A stretch of DNA of 64,000 nucleotides, taken from the NCBI RefSeq assembly GCF_009914755.1, contig NC_060935.1. The stretch is one strand, 5' to 3'. The number at the start of each line of letters is the position of its first letter. The first letter of the stretch is position 1. The notes under the pieces are model-generated. The model ran no database searches. It was given only the letters and a program-made list of their open reading frames with translations, and was not told the DNA's origin. Made by a program: the position numbers and the translations under genes. The stretch is from the human T2T-CHM13v2.0 reference genome, Homo sapiens. This document shows positions 42,801 to 56,900 of this stretch, piece after piece.

Positions 42801-44064
42801 CACGGAAGCATTCTGAGAAACTTCTTTGTGATGTTTGCATTCAACTCACAGAGTTGAACCTTGCTTTCATAGTTCAGCTTTCAAACACTCTTTTTGTAGA
42901 ATCTGCAAGTGGATATTTGGACCACTTTGTGGCCTTCCTTCGAAACGGGTATATCTTCACATCAAACCTAGACAGAAGCATTCTCAGAATGTTTCCTGTG
43001 ATGACTGCATTCAACTCACAGAGGTGAACAATCCTGTTGATGGAGCAGTTTTGAAACTCTCTTTCTTTGGATTCTGCAAGTGGATATGTGGACCTCTGGG
43101 AAGATTTCGTTGGAAACGGGTTCATCTTCACAGAAAAACTAAACAGGAGCATTCTCAGAAACTGCTTTGTGATGTTTGTGTTCCACTTCAAGAATTGAAC
43201 TTTCCTCTTGACAGAGGAGCTCTGAAACCCTCTTTTTCTAGAATCTGCAAGTGGACATTTGGAGGGCTTTGAGGCCTGTGGTGGAAAAGGAAAATCTTCA
43301 CATAAAAACTAGATGGAAGCATTCTCAGAAACTACTCTGTGATGATTGCATTCGACTCACAGAGTTGAACATTCCTATAGATAGAGCAGGTTGTAAACAA
43401 TCTTTTTGTAGAATCTGCGATTGGAGATTTGGACTGCTTTGAGGCCTACTGTAGTAAAGGAAATAACTTCATCTAAAAACGAAACCGAAGTATTCACAGA
43501 CAATTCTTAGTGATCATTGCATTGAACTAACAGAGCTGAACATTCCTTTAGATGGCGCAGTTTCCAAACACACTTTCTGTAGAATCTGCAAGTGGATATT
43601 TGGACCTCTCTGAGGATTTCGTTGGAATCGGGATAAACTTCCCAGAACTACACGGAAGCATTCTGAGAAACTTCTTTGTGATGTTTGCATTCAACTCACA
43701 GAGTTGAACCTTGCTTTCATAGTTCAGCTTTCAAACACTCTTTTTGTAGAATCTGCAAGTGGATATTTGGACCACTTTGTGGCCTTCCTTCGAAACGGGT
43801 ATATCTTCACATCAAACCTAGACAGAAGCATTCTCAGAATGTTCCTGTGATGACTGCATTCAACTCACAGTAGTGAACAATCCTGTTGATGGAGCCGTTT
43901 TGAAACTCCCTTTCTTTTGATTCTGCAAGTGGATATGTGGACCTCTGTGAAGATTTCGTTGGAAACGGGTTCATCTTCACAGAAAAATTAACAGGAGCAT
44001 TCTCAGAAACTGCTTTGTGATGTTTGTGTTCCACTTCAAGAATTGAACTTTCCTCTTGACAGAG
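33870..44064 (+). repeat. Tandem duplication of a 6-HOR block (period 5098)
   Basis: TGTAGATT, ATAGGTAG, GAAAATTCC, AGTGAATA, TTTTAAAA, TGGGAAG, GAAACCGAAGTA and ATGTTCCTG all repeat at +5098; two internal differences seen (35212, 39665). Confidence 0.92.
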
Positions 44065-47000
44065 CAGCTGTGAAACCCTCTTTTTCTAGAATCTGCAAGT
44101 GGACATTTGGAGGGCTTTGAGGCCTGTGTTGGAAAAGGAAAATCTTCCCATAAAAACTAGATGGAAGCATTCTCAGAAACTACTTTGTGATGATTGCATT
44201 CGACTCACAGAGTTGAACATTCCTATAGATAGAGCAGGTTGTAAACAATCTTTTTGTAGAATCTGCGATTGGAGATTTGGACTGCTTTGAGGCCTACTGT
44301 AGTAAAGGAAATAACTTCATCTAAAAACCAAACGGAAGCATTCACAGACAATTCTTAGTGATCATTGGATTGAACAAACAGAGCTGAACATTCCTTTAGA
44401 TAGAGCAGTTTCCAAACACACTTTCTGTAGAATCTGCAAGTGGATATTTGGACTTCTCTGAGGATTTCGTTGGAAACGGGATAAACTTCCCAGAACTACA
44501 CGGAAGCATTCTGAGAAACTTCTTTGTGATGTTTGCATTCAACTCACAGAGTTGAACCTTGCTTTCATAGTTCAGCTTTCAAACACTCTTTTTGTAGAAT
44601 CTGCAAGTGGATATTTGGACAACTTTGTGGCCTTCCTTCGAAACGGTTATATCTTCACATCAAAGCTAGACAGAAGCAGTCTCAGAATGTTTCCTGTGAT
44701 GACTGCATTCAACTCACAGAGGTGAACAATCCTGTTGATGGAGCAGTTTTGAAACTCTCTTTCTTTGGATTCTGCAAGTGGATATGTGGACCTCTGTGAA
44801 GATTTCGTTGGAAACGGGTTCATCTTCACAGAAAAACTAAACAGGAGCATTCTCAGAAACTGCTTTGTGATGTTTGTGTTCCACTTCAAGAAATGAACTT
44901 TCCTCTTGACAGAGCAGCTCTGAAACCCTCTTTTTCTAGAATCTGCAAGTGGACATTTGGAGGGCTTTGAGGCCTGTGGTGGAAAAGGAAAATCTTCACA
45001 TAAAAACTGGATGGAAGCATTCTCAGAAACTACTCTGTGATGATTGCATTCGACTCACAGAGTTGAACATTCCTATAGATAGAGCAGGTTGTAAACAATC
45101 TTTTTGTAGAATCTGGGATTGGAGATTTGGACTGCTTTGAGGCCTACTGTAGTAAAGGAAATAACTTCATCTAAAAACCAAACGGAAGCATTCACAGACA
45201 ATTCTTAGTGATCATTGGAATGAACTAACAGAGCTGAACATTCCTTTAGATGGAGCAGTTTCCAAACACACTTTCTGTAGAATCTGCAAGTGGATATTTG
45301 GACCTCTCTGAGGATTTCGTTGGAAACGGGATAAATTTCCCAGAACTACACGGAAGCATTCTGAGAAACTTCTTTGTGATGTTTGCATTCAACTCACAGA
45401 GTTGAACCTTGCTTTCATAGTTCAGCTTTCAAACACTCTTTTTGTAGAATCTGCAAGTGGATATTTGGACCACTTTGTGGCCTTCCTTCGAAACGGGTAT
45501 ATCTTCACATCAAACCTAGACAGAAGCATTCTCAGAATGTTTCCTGTGATGACTGCATTCAACTCACAGAGGTGAACAATCCTGTTGATGGAGCAGTTTT
45601 GAAACTCTCTTTCTTTGGATTCTGCAAGTGGATATGTGGACCTCTGTGAAGATTTCGTTGGAAACGGGTTCATCTTCACAGAAAAACTAAACAGGAGCAT
45701 TCTCAGAAACTGCTTTGTGATGTTTGTGTTCCACTTCAAGAATTGAACTTTCCTCTTGACAGAGCAGCTCTGAAACCCTCTTTTTCCAGAATCTGCAAGT
45801 GGACATTTGGAGGGCTTTGAGGCCTGTGGTGGAAAAGGAAAATCTTCACATAAAAACTAGATGGAAGCATTCTCAGAAACTACTCTGTGATGATTGCATT
45901 CGACTCACAGAGTTGAACATTCCTATAGATAGAGCAGGTTGTAAACAATCTTTTTGTAGAATCTGGGATTGGAGATTTGGACTGCTTTGAGGCCTACTGT
46001 AGTAAAGGAAATAACTTCATCTAAAAACCAAACGGAAGCATTCACAGAGAATTCTTAGTGATCATTGGAATGAACTAACAGAGCTGAACATTCCTTTAGA
46101 TGGAGCAGTTTCCAAACACACTTTCTGTAGAATCTGCAAGTGGATATTTGGACCTCTCTGAGGATTTCGTTGGAAACGGGATAAATTTCCCAGAACTACA
46201 CGGAAGCATTCTGAGAAACTTCTTTGTGATGTTTGCATTCAACTCACAGAGTTGAACCTTGCTTTCATAGTTCAGCTTTCAAACACTCTTTTTGTAGAAT
46301 CTGCAAGTGGATATTTGGACCACTTTGTTGCCTTCCTTCGAAACGGGTATATCTTCACATCAAACCTAGACAGAAGCATTCTCAGAATGTTTCCTGTGAT
46401 GACTGCATTCAACTCACAGAGGTGAACAATCCTGTTGATGGAGCAGTTTTGAAACTCTCTTTCTTTGGATTCTGCAAGTGGATATGTGGACCTCTGTGAA
46501 GATTTCGTTGGAAACGGGTTCATCTTCACAGAAAAACTAAACAGGAGCATTCTCAGAAACTGCTTTGTGATGTTTGTGTTCCACTTCAGGAATTGAACTT
46601 TCCTCTTGACAGAGGAGCTCTGAAACCCTCTTTTTCTAGAATCTGCAAGTGGACATTTGGAGGGCTTTGAGGCCTGTGGTGGAAAAGGAAAATCTTCACA
46701 TAAAAACTAGATGGAAGCATTCTCAGAAACTACTCTGTGATGATTGCATTCGACTCACAGAGTTGAACATTCCTATAGATAGAGCAGGTTGTAAACAATC
46801 TTTTTGTAGAATCTGCGATTGGAGATTTGGACTGCTTTGAGGCCTACTGTAGTAAAGGAAATAACTTCATCTAAAAACGAAACGGAAGCATTCACAGACA
46901 ATTCTTAGTGATCATTGCATTGAACTAACAGAGCTGAACATTCCTTTAGATGGCGCAGTTTCCAAACACACTTTCTTTAGAATCTGCAAGTGGATATTTG

Positions 47001-50000
47001 GACCTCTGTGAGGATTTCGTTGGAAACGGGATAAACTTCCCAGAACTACACGGAAGCATTCTGAGAAAATTCTTTGTGATGTTTGCATTCAACTCACAGA
47101 GTTGAACCTTGCTTTCATAGTTCAGCTTTCAAACACTGTTTTTGTAGAATCTGGAAGTGGATATTTGGACCACTTTGTGGCCTTCCTTCGAAACGGGTAT
47201 ATCTTCACATCAAACCTAGACAGAAGCATTCTCAGAATGTTTCCTGTGATGACTGCATTCAACTCACAGAGGTGAACAATCCTGTTGATGGAGCAGATTT
47301 GAATCTCTCTTTCTTTGGATTCTGCAAGTGGATATGTGGACCTCTGTGAAGATTTCGTTGGAAACGGGTTCATTTTCACAGAAAAACTAAACAGAAGCAT
47401 TCTCAGAAACTGCTTTGTGATGTTTGTGTTCCACTTCAAGAATTGAACTTTCCTCTTGACAGAGCAGCTCTGAAACCCTCTTTTTCTAGAATGTGCAAGT
47501 GGACATTTGGAGGGCTTTGAGGCCTGTGGTGGAAAAGGAAAATCTTCACATAAAAACTAGATGGAAGCATTCTCAGAAACTACTTTGTGATGATTATATT
47601 CGACTCACAGAGTTGAACATTCCTATAGATAGAGCAGGTTGTAAACAATCTTTTTGTAGAATCTGCGATTGGAGATTTGGACTGCTTTGAGGCCTACTGT
47701 AGTAAAGGAAATAACTTCATCTAAAAACCAAACGGAAGCATTCACAGACAATTCTTAGTGATCATTGGATTGAACTAACAGAGCTGAACATTCCTTTAGA
47801 TGGGGCAGTTTCCAAACACACTTTCTGTAGAATCTGCAAGTGGATATTTGGACTTCTCTGAGGATTTCGTTGGAAACGGGATAAACTTCCCAGAACTACA
47901 CGGAAGCATTCTGAGAAACTTCTTTGTGATGTTTGCATTCAACTCACAGAGTTGAACCTTGCTTTCATAGTTCAGCTTTCAAACACTCTTTTTGTAGAAT
48001 CTGCAAGTGGATATTTGGACCACTTTGTGGCCTTCCTTTGAAACGGGTATATCTTCACATCAAACCTAGACAGAAGCATTCTCAGAATGTTTCCTGTGAT
48101 GACTGCATTCAACTCACAGAGGTGAACAATCCTGCTGATGGAGCAGTTTTGAAACTCTCTTTCTTTGGATTCTGCAAGTGGATATGTGCACCTCTGTGAA
48201 GATTTCGTTGGAAACGGGTTCATCTTCACAGAAAAACTAAACAGAAGCATTCTCAGAAACTGCTTTGTGATGTTTGTGTTCCACTTCAAGAATTGAACTT
48301 TCCTCTTGACAGAGCAGCTCTGAAACCCTCTTTTTCTAGAATCTGCAAGTGGACATTTGGAGGGCTTTGAGGCCTGTGGGGGAAAAGGAAAATCTTCACA
48401 TAAAAACTAGATGGAAGCATTCTCAGAAACTACTTTGTGATGATTGCATTCGACTCACAGAGTTGAACATTCCTATAGATAGAGCAGGTTGTAAACAATT
48501 TTTTGTAGAATCTGCGATTGGAGATTTGGACTGCTTTGAGGCCTACTGTAGTAAAGGAAATAACTTCATCTAAAAACCAAACGGAAGCATTCACAGACAA
48601 TTCTTAGTGATCATTGGATTGAACTAACAGAGCTGAACATTCCTTTAGATGGAGCAGTTTCCAAACACACTTTCTGTAGAATCTGCAAGTGGATATTTGG
48701 ACCTCTCTGAGGATTTCGTTGGAAACGGGATAAACTTACCAGAACTACACGGAAGCATTCTGAGAAACTTCTTTGGATGTTTGCATTCAACTCACAGAGT
48801 TGAACCTTGCTTTCATAGTTCAGCTTTCAAACACTCTTTTTGTAGAATCTGCAAGTGGATATTTGGACCACTTTGTGGCCTTCCTTCGAAACGGGTATAT
48901 CTTCACATCAAACCTAGACAGAAGCATTCTCAGAATGTTTCCTGTGATGACTGCATTCAACTCACAGAGGTGAACGATCCTTCTGATGGAGCAGTTTTGA
49001 AACTCTCTTTCTTTGGATTCTGCAAGTGGATATGTGGACCTCTGTGAAGATTTCGTTGGAAACGGGTTCATCTTCACAGAGAAACTAAACAGGAGCATTC
49101 TCAGAAACTGCTTTGTGATGTTTGTGTTCCACTTCAAGAATTGAACTTTCCTCTTGACAGAGCAGCTCTGAAACCCTCTTTTTCTAGAATCTGCAAGTGG
49201 ACATTTGGAGGGCTTTGAGGCCTGTGGTGGAAAAGGAAAATCTTCACATAAAAACTAGATGGAAGCATTCTCAGAAACTACTCTGTGATGATTGCATTCG
49301 ACTCACGGAGTTGAACATTCCTATAGATAGAGCAGGTTGTAAACAATCTTTTTGTAGAATCTGCGATTGGAGATTTGGACTGCTTTGAGGCCTACTGTAG
49401 TAAAGGAAATAACTTCATCTAAAAACCAAACGGAAGCATTCACAGACAATTCTTAGTGATCATTGCATTGAACTAACAGAGCTGAACATTCCTTTAGATG
49501 GCGCAGTTTCCAAACACACTTTCTGTAGAATCTGCCACTGGATATTTGGACCTCTCTGAGGATTTCGTTGGAAACGGGATAAACTTCCCAGAACTACACG
49601 GAAGCATTCTGAGAAAATTCTTTGTGATGTTTGCATTCAACACACAGAGTTGAACCTTGCTTTCATAGTTCAGCTTTCAAACACTCTTTTTGTAGAATCT
49701 GCAAGTGGATATTTGGACCACTTTGTGGCCTTCCTTCGAAACGGGTATATCTTCACATCAAACCTAGACAGAAGCATTCTCAGAATGTTTCCTGTGATGA
49801 CTGCATTCAACTCACAGAGGTGAAAAATCCTGTTGATGGAGCAGTTTTGAATCTCTCTTTCTTTGGATTCTGCAAGTGGATATGTGGACCTCTGTGAAGA
49901 TTTCGTTGGAAACGGGTTCATGTTCACAGAAAAACTAAACAGAAGCATTCTCAGAAACTGCTTTGTGATGTTTGTGTTCCACTTCAAGAATTGAACTTTC

Positions 50001-50940
50001 CTCTTGACAGAGCAGCTCTGAAACCCTCTTTTTCTAGAATCTGCAAGTGGACATTTGGAGGGCTTTGAGGCCTGTGGTGGAAAAGGAAAATCTTCACATA
50101 AAAACTAGATGGAAGCATTCTCAGAAACTACTTTGTGATGATTGCATTCGACTCACAGAGTTGAACATTCCTATAGATAGAGCAGGTTGTAAACAATCTT
50201 TTTGTAGAATCTGCGATTGGAGATTTGGACTGCTTTGAGGCCTACTGTAGTAAAGGAAATAACTTCTTCTAAAAACCAAACGGAAGCATTCACAGACAAT
50301 TCTTAGTGATCATTGGATTGAACTAACAGAGCTGAACATTTCTTTAGATAGAGCAGTTTCCAAACACACTTTCTGTAGAATCTGCAAGTGGATATTTGGA
50401 CTTCTCTGAGGATTTCGTTGGAAACGGGATAAACTTCCCAGAACTACACGGAAGCATTCTGAGAAACTTCTTTGTGATGTTTGCATTCAACTCACAGAGT
50501 TGAACCTTGCTTTCATAGTTCAGCTTTCAAACACTCTTTTTGTAGAATCTGCAAGTGGATATTTGGACCACTTTGTGGCCTTCCTTCGAAACGGGTATAT
50601 CTTCACATCAAACCTAGACAGAAGCATTCTCAGAATGTTTCCTGTGATGACTGCATTCAACTCACAGAGGTGAACAATCCTGTTGATGGAGCAGTTTTGA
50701 AACTCTCTTTCTTTGGATTCTGCAAGTGGATATGTGGACCTCTGTGAAGATTTCGTTTGAAACGGGTTCATCTTCACAGAAAAAATTAACAGAAGCATTC
50801 TCAGAAACTGCTTTGTGATGTTTGTGTTCCACTTAAAGAATTGAACTTTCCTCTTGACAGAGCAGCTCTGAAACCCTCTTTTTCTAGAATCTGCAAGTGG
50901 ACATTTGGAGGGCTTTGAGGCATGTGGTGGAAAAGGAAAC

Positions 50941-53900
50941 TCTTCACATAAAAACTAGATGGAAGCATTCTCAGAAACTACTTTGTGATGATTGCATTCG
51001 ACTCACAGAGTTGAACATTCCTATAGATAGAGCAGGTTGTAAACAATCTTTTTGTAGAATCTGCGATTGGAGATTTGGACTGCTTTGAGGCCTACTGTAG
51101 TAAAGGAAATAACTTCATCTAAAAACCAAACGGAAGCATTCACAGACAATGCTTAGTGATCATTGGATTGAACTAACAGAGCTGAACATTCCTTTAGGTG
51201 GAGCAGTTTCCAAACCCACTTTCTGTAGAATCTGCAAGTGGATATTTGGACCTCTCTGAGGATTTCGTTGGAAACGGGATATACTTCCCAGAACTACACG
51301 GAAGTATTCTGAGAAACTTCTTTGTGATGTTTGCATTCAACTCACAGAGTTGAACCTTGCTTTCATAGTTCAGCTTTCAAACACTCTTTTTGTAGAATCT
51401 GGAAGTGGATATTTGGACCACTTTGTGGCCTTCCTTCGAAACGGGTATATCTTCACATCAAACCTTGACAGAAGCATTCTCAGAATGTTTCCTGTGATGA
51501 CTGCATTCAATTCACAGAGGTGAACAATCCTGCTGATGGAGCAGTTTTGAAACTCTCTTTCTTTGGATTCTGCAAGTGGATATGTGGACCTCTGTGAAGA
51601 TTTCGTTGGAAACGGGTTCATCTTCACAGAAAAACTAAACAGGAGCATTCTCAGAAACTGCTTTGTGATGTTTGTGTTCCACTTCAGGAATTGAACTTTC
51701 CTCTTGACAGAGCAGCTCTGAAACCCTCTTTTTCTAGAATCTGCAAGTGGACATTTGGAGGGCTTTGAGGCCTCTGGTGGAAAAGGAAAATCTTCACATA
51801 AAAACTAGATGGAAGCATTCTCAGAAACTACTTTGTGATGATTGCATTCGACTCAAAGAGTTGAACATTCCTATAGATAGAGCAGGTTGTAAACAATGTT
51901 TTTGTAGAATCTGCGATTGGAGATTTGGACTGCTTTGAGGCCTACTGTAGTAAAGGAAATAACTTCATCTAAAAACCAAACGGAAGCATTCACAGACAAT
52001 TCTTAGTGATCATTGGATTGAACTAACAGAGCTGAACATTCCCTTAGATGGCACAGTTTCCAAACACACTTTCTGTAGAATCTGCAAGTGGATATTTGGA
52101 CCTCTCTGAGGATTTCGTTGGAAACGGGATAAACTTCCCAGAACTACACGGAAGCATTCTGAGAAACTTCTTTGTGATGTTTGCATTCAAATCACAGAGT
52201 TGAACCTTGCTTTCATAGTTCAGCTTTCAAACACTCTTTTTGTAGAATCTGCAAGTGGATATTTGGACCACTTTGTGGCCTTCCTTCGAAACGGGTATAT
52301 CTTCACATCAAACCTAGACAGAAGCATTCTCAGAATGTTTCCTGTGATGACTGCATTCCACTCACAGAGGTGAACAATCCTGTTGATGGAGCCGTTTTGA
52401 AACTCCCTTTCTTTTGATTCTGCAAGTGGATATGTGGAACTCTGTGAAGATTTCGTTGGAAACGGGTTCATCTTCACAGAAAAACTAAACAGGAGCATTC
52501 TCAGAAACTGCTTTGTGATGTTTGTGTTCCACTTCAGGAATTGAACTTTCCTCTTGACAGAGCAGCTCTGAAACCCTCTTTTTCTAGAATCTGCAAGTGG
52601 ACATTTGGAGGGCTTTGAGGCCTGTTGTTGAAAAGGATAATCTTCACATAAAAACTAGATGGAAGCATTCTCAGAAACTACTCTGTGATGATTGCATTCG
52701 ACTCACAGAGTTGAACATTCCTATAGATAGAGCAGGTTGTAAACAGTCTTTTTGTAGAATCTGCGATTGGAGATTTGGACTGCTTTGAGGCCTACTGTAG
52801 TAAAGGAAATAACTTCATCTAAAAACCAAACGGAAGCATTCACAGACAATTCTTAGTGATCATTGGATTGAACTAACAGAGCTGAACATTCCTTTAGATG
52901 GAGCAGTTTCCAAACCCACTTTCTGTAGAATCTGCAAGTGGATATTTGGACCTCTCTGAGGATTTCGTTGGAAAAGGGATATGCTTCCCAGAACTACACG
53001 GAAGTATTCTGAGAAACTTCTTCGTGATGGTTGCATTCAACTCACAGTGTTGAACCTTGCTTTCATAGTTCAGCTTTCAAACACTCTTTTTGTAGAATCT
53101 GCAAGTGGATATTTGGACCATTTTGTGGCCTTCCTTCGAAACGGGTATATCTTCACATCAAACCTTGACAGAAGCATTCTCAGAATGTTTCCTGTGATGA
53201 CTGCATTCAACTCACAGAGGTGAACAATCCTGCTGATGGAGCAGTTTTGAAACTCTCTTTCTTTGGATTCTGCAAGTGGATATGTGGACCTCTGTGAAGA
53301 TTTCGTTGGAAACGGGTTCATCTTCACAGAAAAACTAAACAGGAGCATTCTCAGAAACTGCTTTGTGATGTTTGTGTTCCACTTCAGGAATTGAACTTTC
53401 CTCTTGACAGAGCAGCTCTGAAACCCTCTTTTTCTAGAATCTGCAAGTGGACATTTGGAGGGCTTTGAGGCCTGTGGTGGAAAAGGAAAATCTTCACATA
53501 AAAACTAGATGGAAGCATTCTCAGAAACTACTTTGTGATGATTGCATTCGACTCAAAGAGTTGAACATTCCTGTAGATAGAGCAGGTTGTAAACAATCTT
53601 TTTGTAGAATCTGCGATTGGAGATTTGGACTGCTTTGAGGCCTACTCTAGTAAAGGAAATAACTTCATCTAAAAACCAAACGGAAGCATTCACAGACAAT
53701 TCTTAGTGATCATTGGATTGAACTAACAGAGCTGAACATTCCCTTAGATGGCACCGTTTCCAAACACACTTTCTGTAGAATCTGCAAGTGGATATTTGGA
53801 CCTCTCTGAGGATTTCGTTGGAAACGGGATAAACTTCCCAGAACTACACGGAAGCATTCTGAGAAACTTCTTTGTGATGTTTGCATTCAACTCACAGAGT

Positions 53901-56900
53901 TGAACCTTGCTTTCATAGTTCAGCTTTCAAACACTCTTTTTGTAGAATCTGCAAGTGGATATTTGGACCACTTTGTGGCCTTCCTTCGAAACGGGTATAT
54001 ATTCACATCAAACCTAGACAGAAGCATTCTCAGAATGTTTCCTGTGATGACTGCATTCAACTCACAGAGGTGAACAATCCTGTTGATGGAGACGTTTTGA
54101 AACTCCCTTTCTTTTGATTCTGCAAGTGGATATGTGGAACTCTGTGAAGATTTCGTTGGAAACGGGTTCATCTTCACAGAAAAATTAACAGGAGCATTCT
54201 CAGAAACTGCTTTGTGATGTTTGTGTTCCACTTCAAGAATTGAACTTTCCTCTTGACAGAGCAGCTCTGAAACCCTCTTTTTCTAGAATCTGCTAGTGGA
54301 CATTTGGAGGGCTTTGAGGCCTGTGGTGGAAAAGGAAAATCTTCCCATAAAAACTAGATGGAAGCATTCTCAGAAACTACTTTGTGATGATTGCATTCGA
54401 CTCACAGAGTTGAACATTCCTATAGATAGAGCAGGTTGTAAACAATCTTTTTGTAGAATCTGCGATTGGAGATTTTGACTGCTTTGAGGCCTACTGTAGT
54501 AAAGGAAATAACTTCATCTAAAAACCAAACGGAAGCATTCACAGACAATTCTTAGTGATCATTGGATTGAACAAACAGAGCTGAACATTCCTTTAGATAG
54601 AGCAGTTTCCAAACACACTTTCTGTAGAATCTGCAAGTGGATATTTGGACTTCTCTGAGGATTTCGTTGGAAACGGGATAAACTTCCCAGAACTACACGG
54701 AAGCATTCTGAGAAACTTCTTTGTGATGTTTGCATTCAACTCACAGAGTTGAAACTTGCTTTCATAGTTCAGCTTTGAAACACTCTTTTTGTAGAATCTG
54801 CAAGTGGATATTTGGACCACTTTGTGGCCTTCCTTCGAAACGGGTATATCTTCACATCAAACCTAGACAGAAGCATTCTCAGAATGTTTCCTGTGATGAC
54901 TGCATTCAACTCACAGAGGTGAACAATCCTGTTGATGGAGCAGTTTTGAAACTCTCTTTCTTTGGATTCTGCAAGTGGATATGTGGACCTCTGTGAAGAT
55001 TTCGTTGGAAACGGGTTCATCTTCACAGAAAAACTAAACAGGAGCATTCTCAGAAACTGCTTTGTGATGTTTGTGTTCCACTTCAAGAATTGAACTTTCC
55101 TCTTGACAGAGCAGCTCTGAAACCCTCTTTTTCTAGAATCTGCAAGTGGACATTTGGAGGGCTTTGAGGCCTCTGGTGGAAAAGGAAAATCTTCACATAA
55201 AAACTAGATGGAAGCATTCTCAGAAACTACTTTGTGATGATTGCATTCGACTCACAGAGTTGAACATTCCTATAGATAGAGCAGGTTGTAAACAATCTTT
55301 TTGTAGAATCTGCGATTGGAGATTTGGACTGCTTTGAGGCCTACTGTAGTAAAGGAAATAACTTCATCTAAAAACCAAACGGAAGCATTCACAGACAATG
55401 CTTAGTGATCATTGGATTGAACTAACAGAGCTGAACATTCCTTTAGGTGGAGCAGTTTCCAAACCCACTTTCTGTAGAATCTGCAAGTGGATATTTGGAC
55501 CTCTCTGAGGATTTCGTTGGAAACGGGATATACTTCCCAGAACTACACGGAAGTATTCTGAGAAACTTCTTTGTGATGTTTGCATTCAACTCACAGAGTT
55601 GAACCTTGCTTTCATAGTTCAGCTTTCAAACACTCTTTTTGTAGAATCTGGAAGTGGATATTTGGACCACTTTGTGGCCTTCCTTCGAAACGGGTATATC
55701 TTCACATCAAACCTTGACAGAAGCATTCTCAGAATGTTTCCTGTGATGACTGCATTCAATTCACAGAGGTGAACAATCCTGCTGATGGAGCAGTTTTGAA
55801 ACTCTCTTTCTTTGGATTCTGCAAGTGGATATGTGGACCTCTGTGAAGATTTCGTTGGAAACGGGTTCATCTTCACAGAAAAACTAAACAGGAGCATTCT
55901 CAGAAACTGCTTTGTGATGTTTGTGTTCCACTTCAGGAATTGAACTTTCCTCTTGACAGAGCAGCTCTGAAACCCTCTTTTTCTAGAATCTGCAAGTGGA
56001 CATTTGGAGGGCTTTGAGGCCTCTGGTGGAAAAGGAAAATCTTCACATAAAAACTAGATGGAAGCATTCTCAGAAACTACTTTGTGATGATTGCATTCGA
56101 CTCAAAGAGTTGAACATTCCTATAGATAGAGCAGGTTGTAAACAATGTTTTTGTAGAATCTGCGATTGGAGATTTGGACTGCTTTGAGGCCTACTGTAGT
56201 AAAGGAAATAACTTCATCTAAAAACCAAACGGAAGCATTCACAGACAATTCTTAGTGATCATTGGATTGAACTAACAGAGCTGAACATTCCCTTAGATGG
56301 CACAGTTTCCAAACACACTTTCTGTAGAATCTGCAAGTGGATATTTGGACCTCTCTGAGGATTTCGTTGGAAACGGGATAAACTTCCCAGAACTACACGG
56401 AAGCATTCTGAGAAACTTCTTTGTGATGTTTGCATTCAAATCACAGAGTTGAACCTTGCTTTCATAGTTCAGCTTTCAAACACTCTTTTTGTAGAATCTG
56501 CAAGTGGATATTTGGACCACTTTGTGGCCTTCCTTCGAAACGGGTATATCTTCACATCAAACCTAGACAGAAGCATTCTCAGAATGTTTCCTGTGATGAC
56601 TGCATTCCACTCACAGAGGTGAACAATCCTGTTGATGGAGCCGTTTTGAAACTCCCTTTCTTTTGATTCTGCAAGTGGATATGTGGAACTCTGTGAAGAT
56701 TTCGTTGGAAACGGGTTCATCTTCACAGAAAAACTAAACAGGAGCATTCTCAGAAACTGCTTTGTGATGTTTGTGTTCCACTTCAGGAATTGAACTTTCC
56801 TCTTGACAGAGCAGCTCTGAAACCCTCTTTTTCTAGAATCTGCAAGTGGACATTTGGAGGGCTTTGAGGCCTGTTGTTGAAAAGGATAATCTTCACATAA

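Noticed and set aside
34337-43272. Longer 145-aa ORFs (34337, 37737, 39435, 42835) where the same TGA is lost by two different substitutions
   Set aside because: Only two independent point mutations, each doubled by the 5098-bp duplication; there is no evidence of coding selection.
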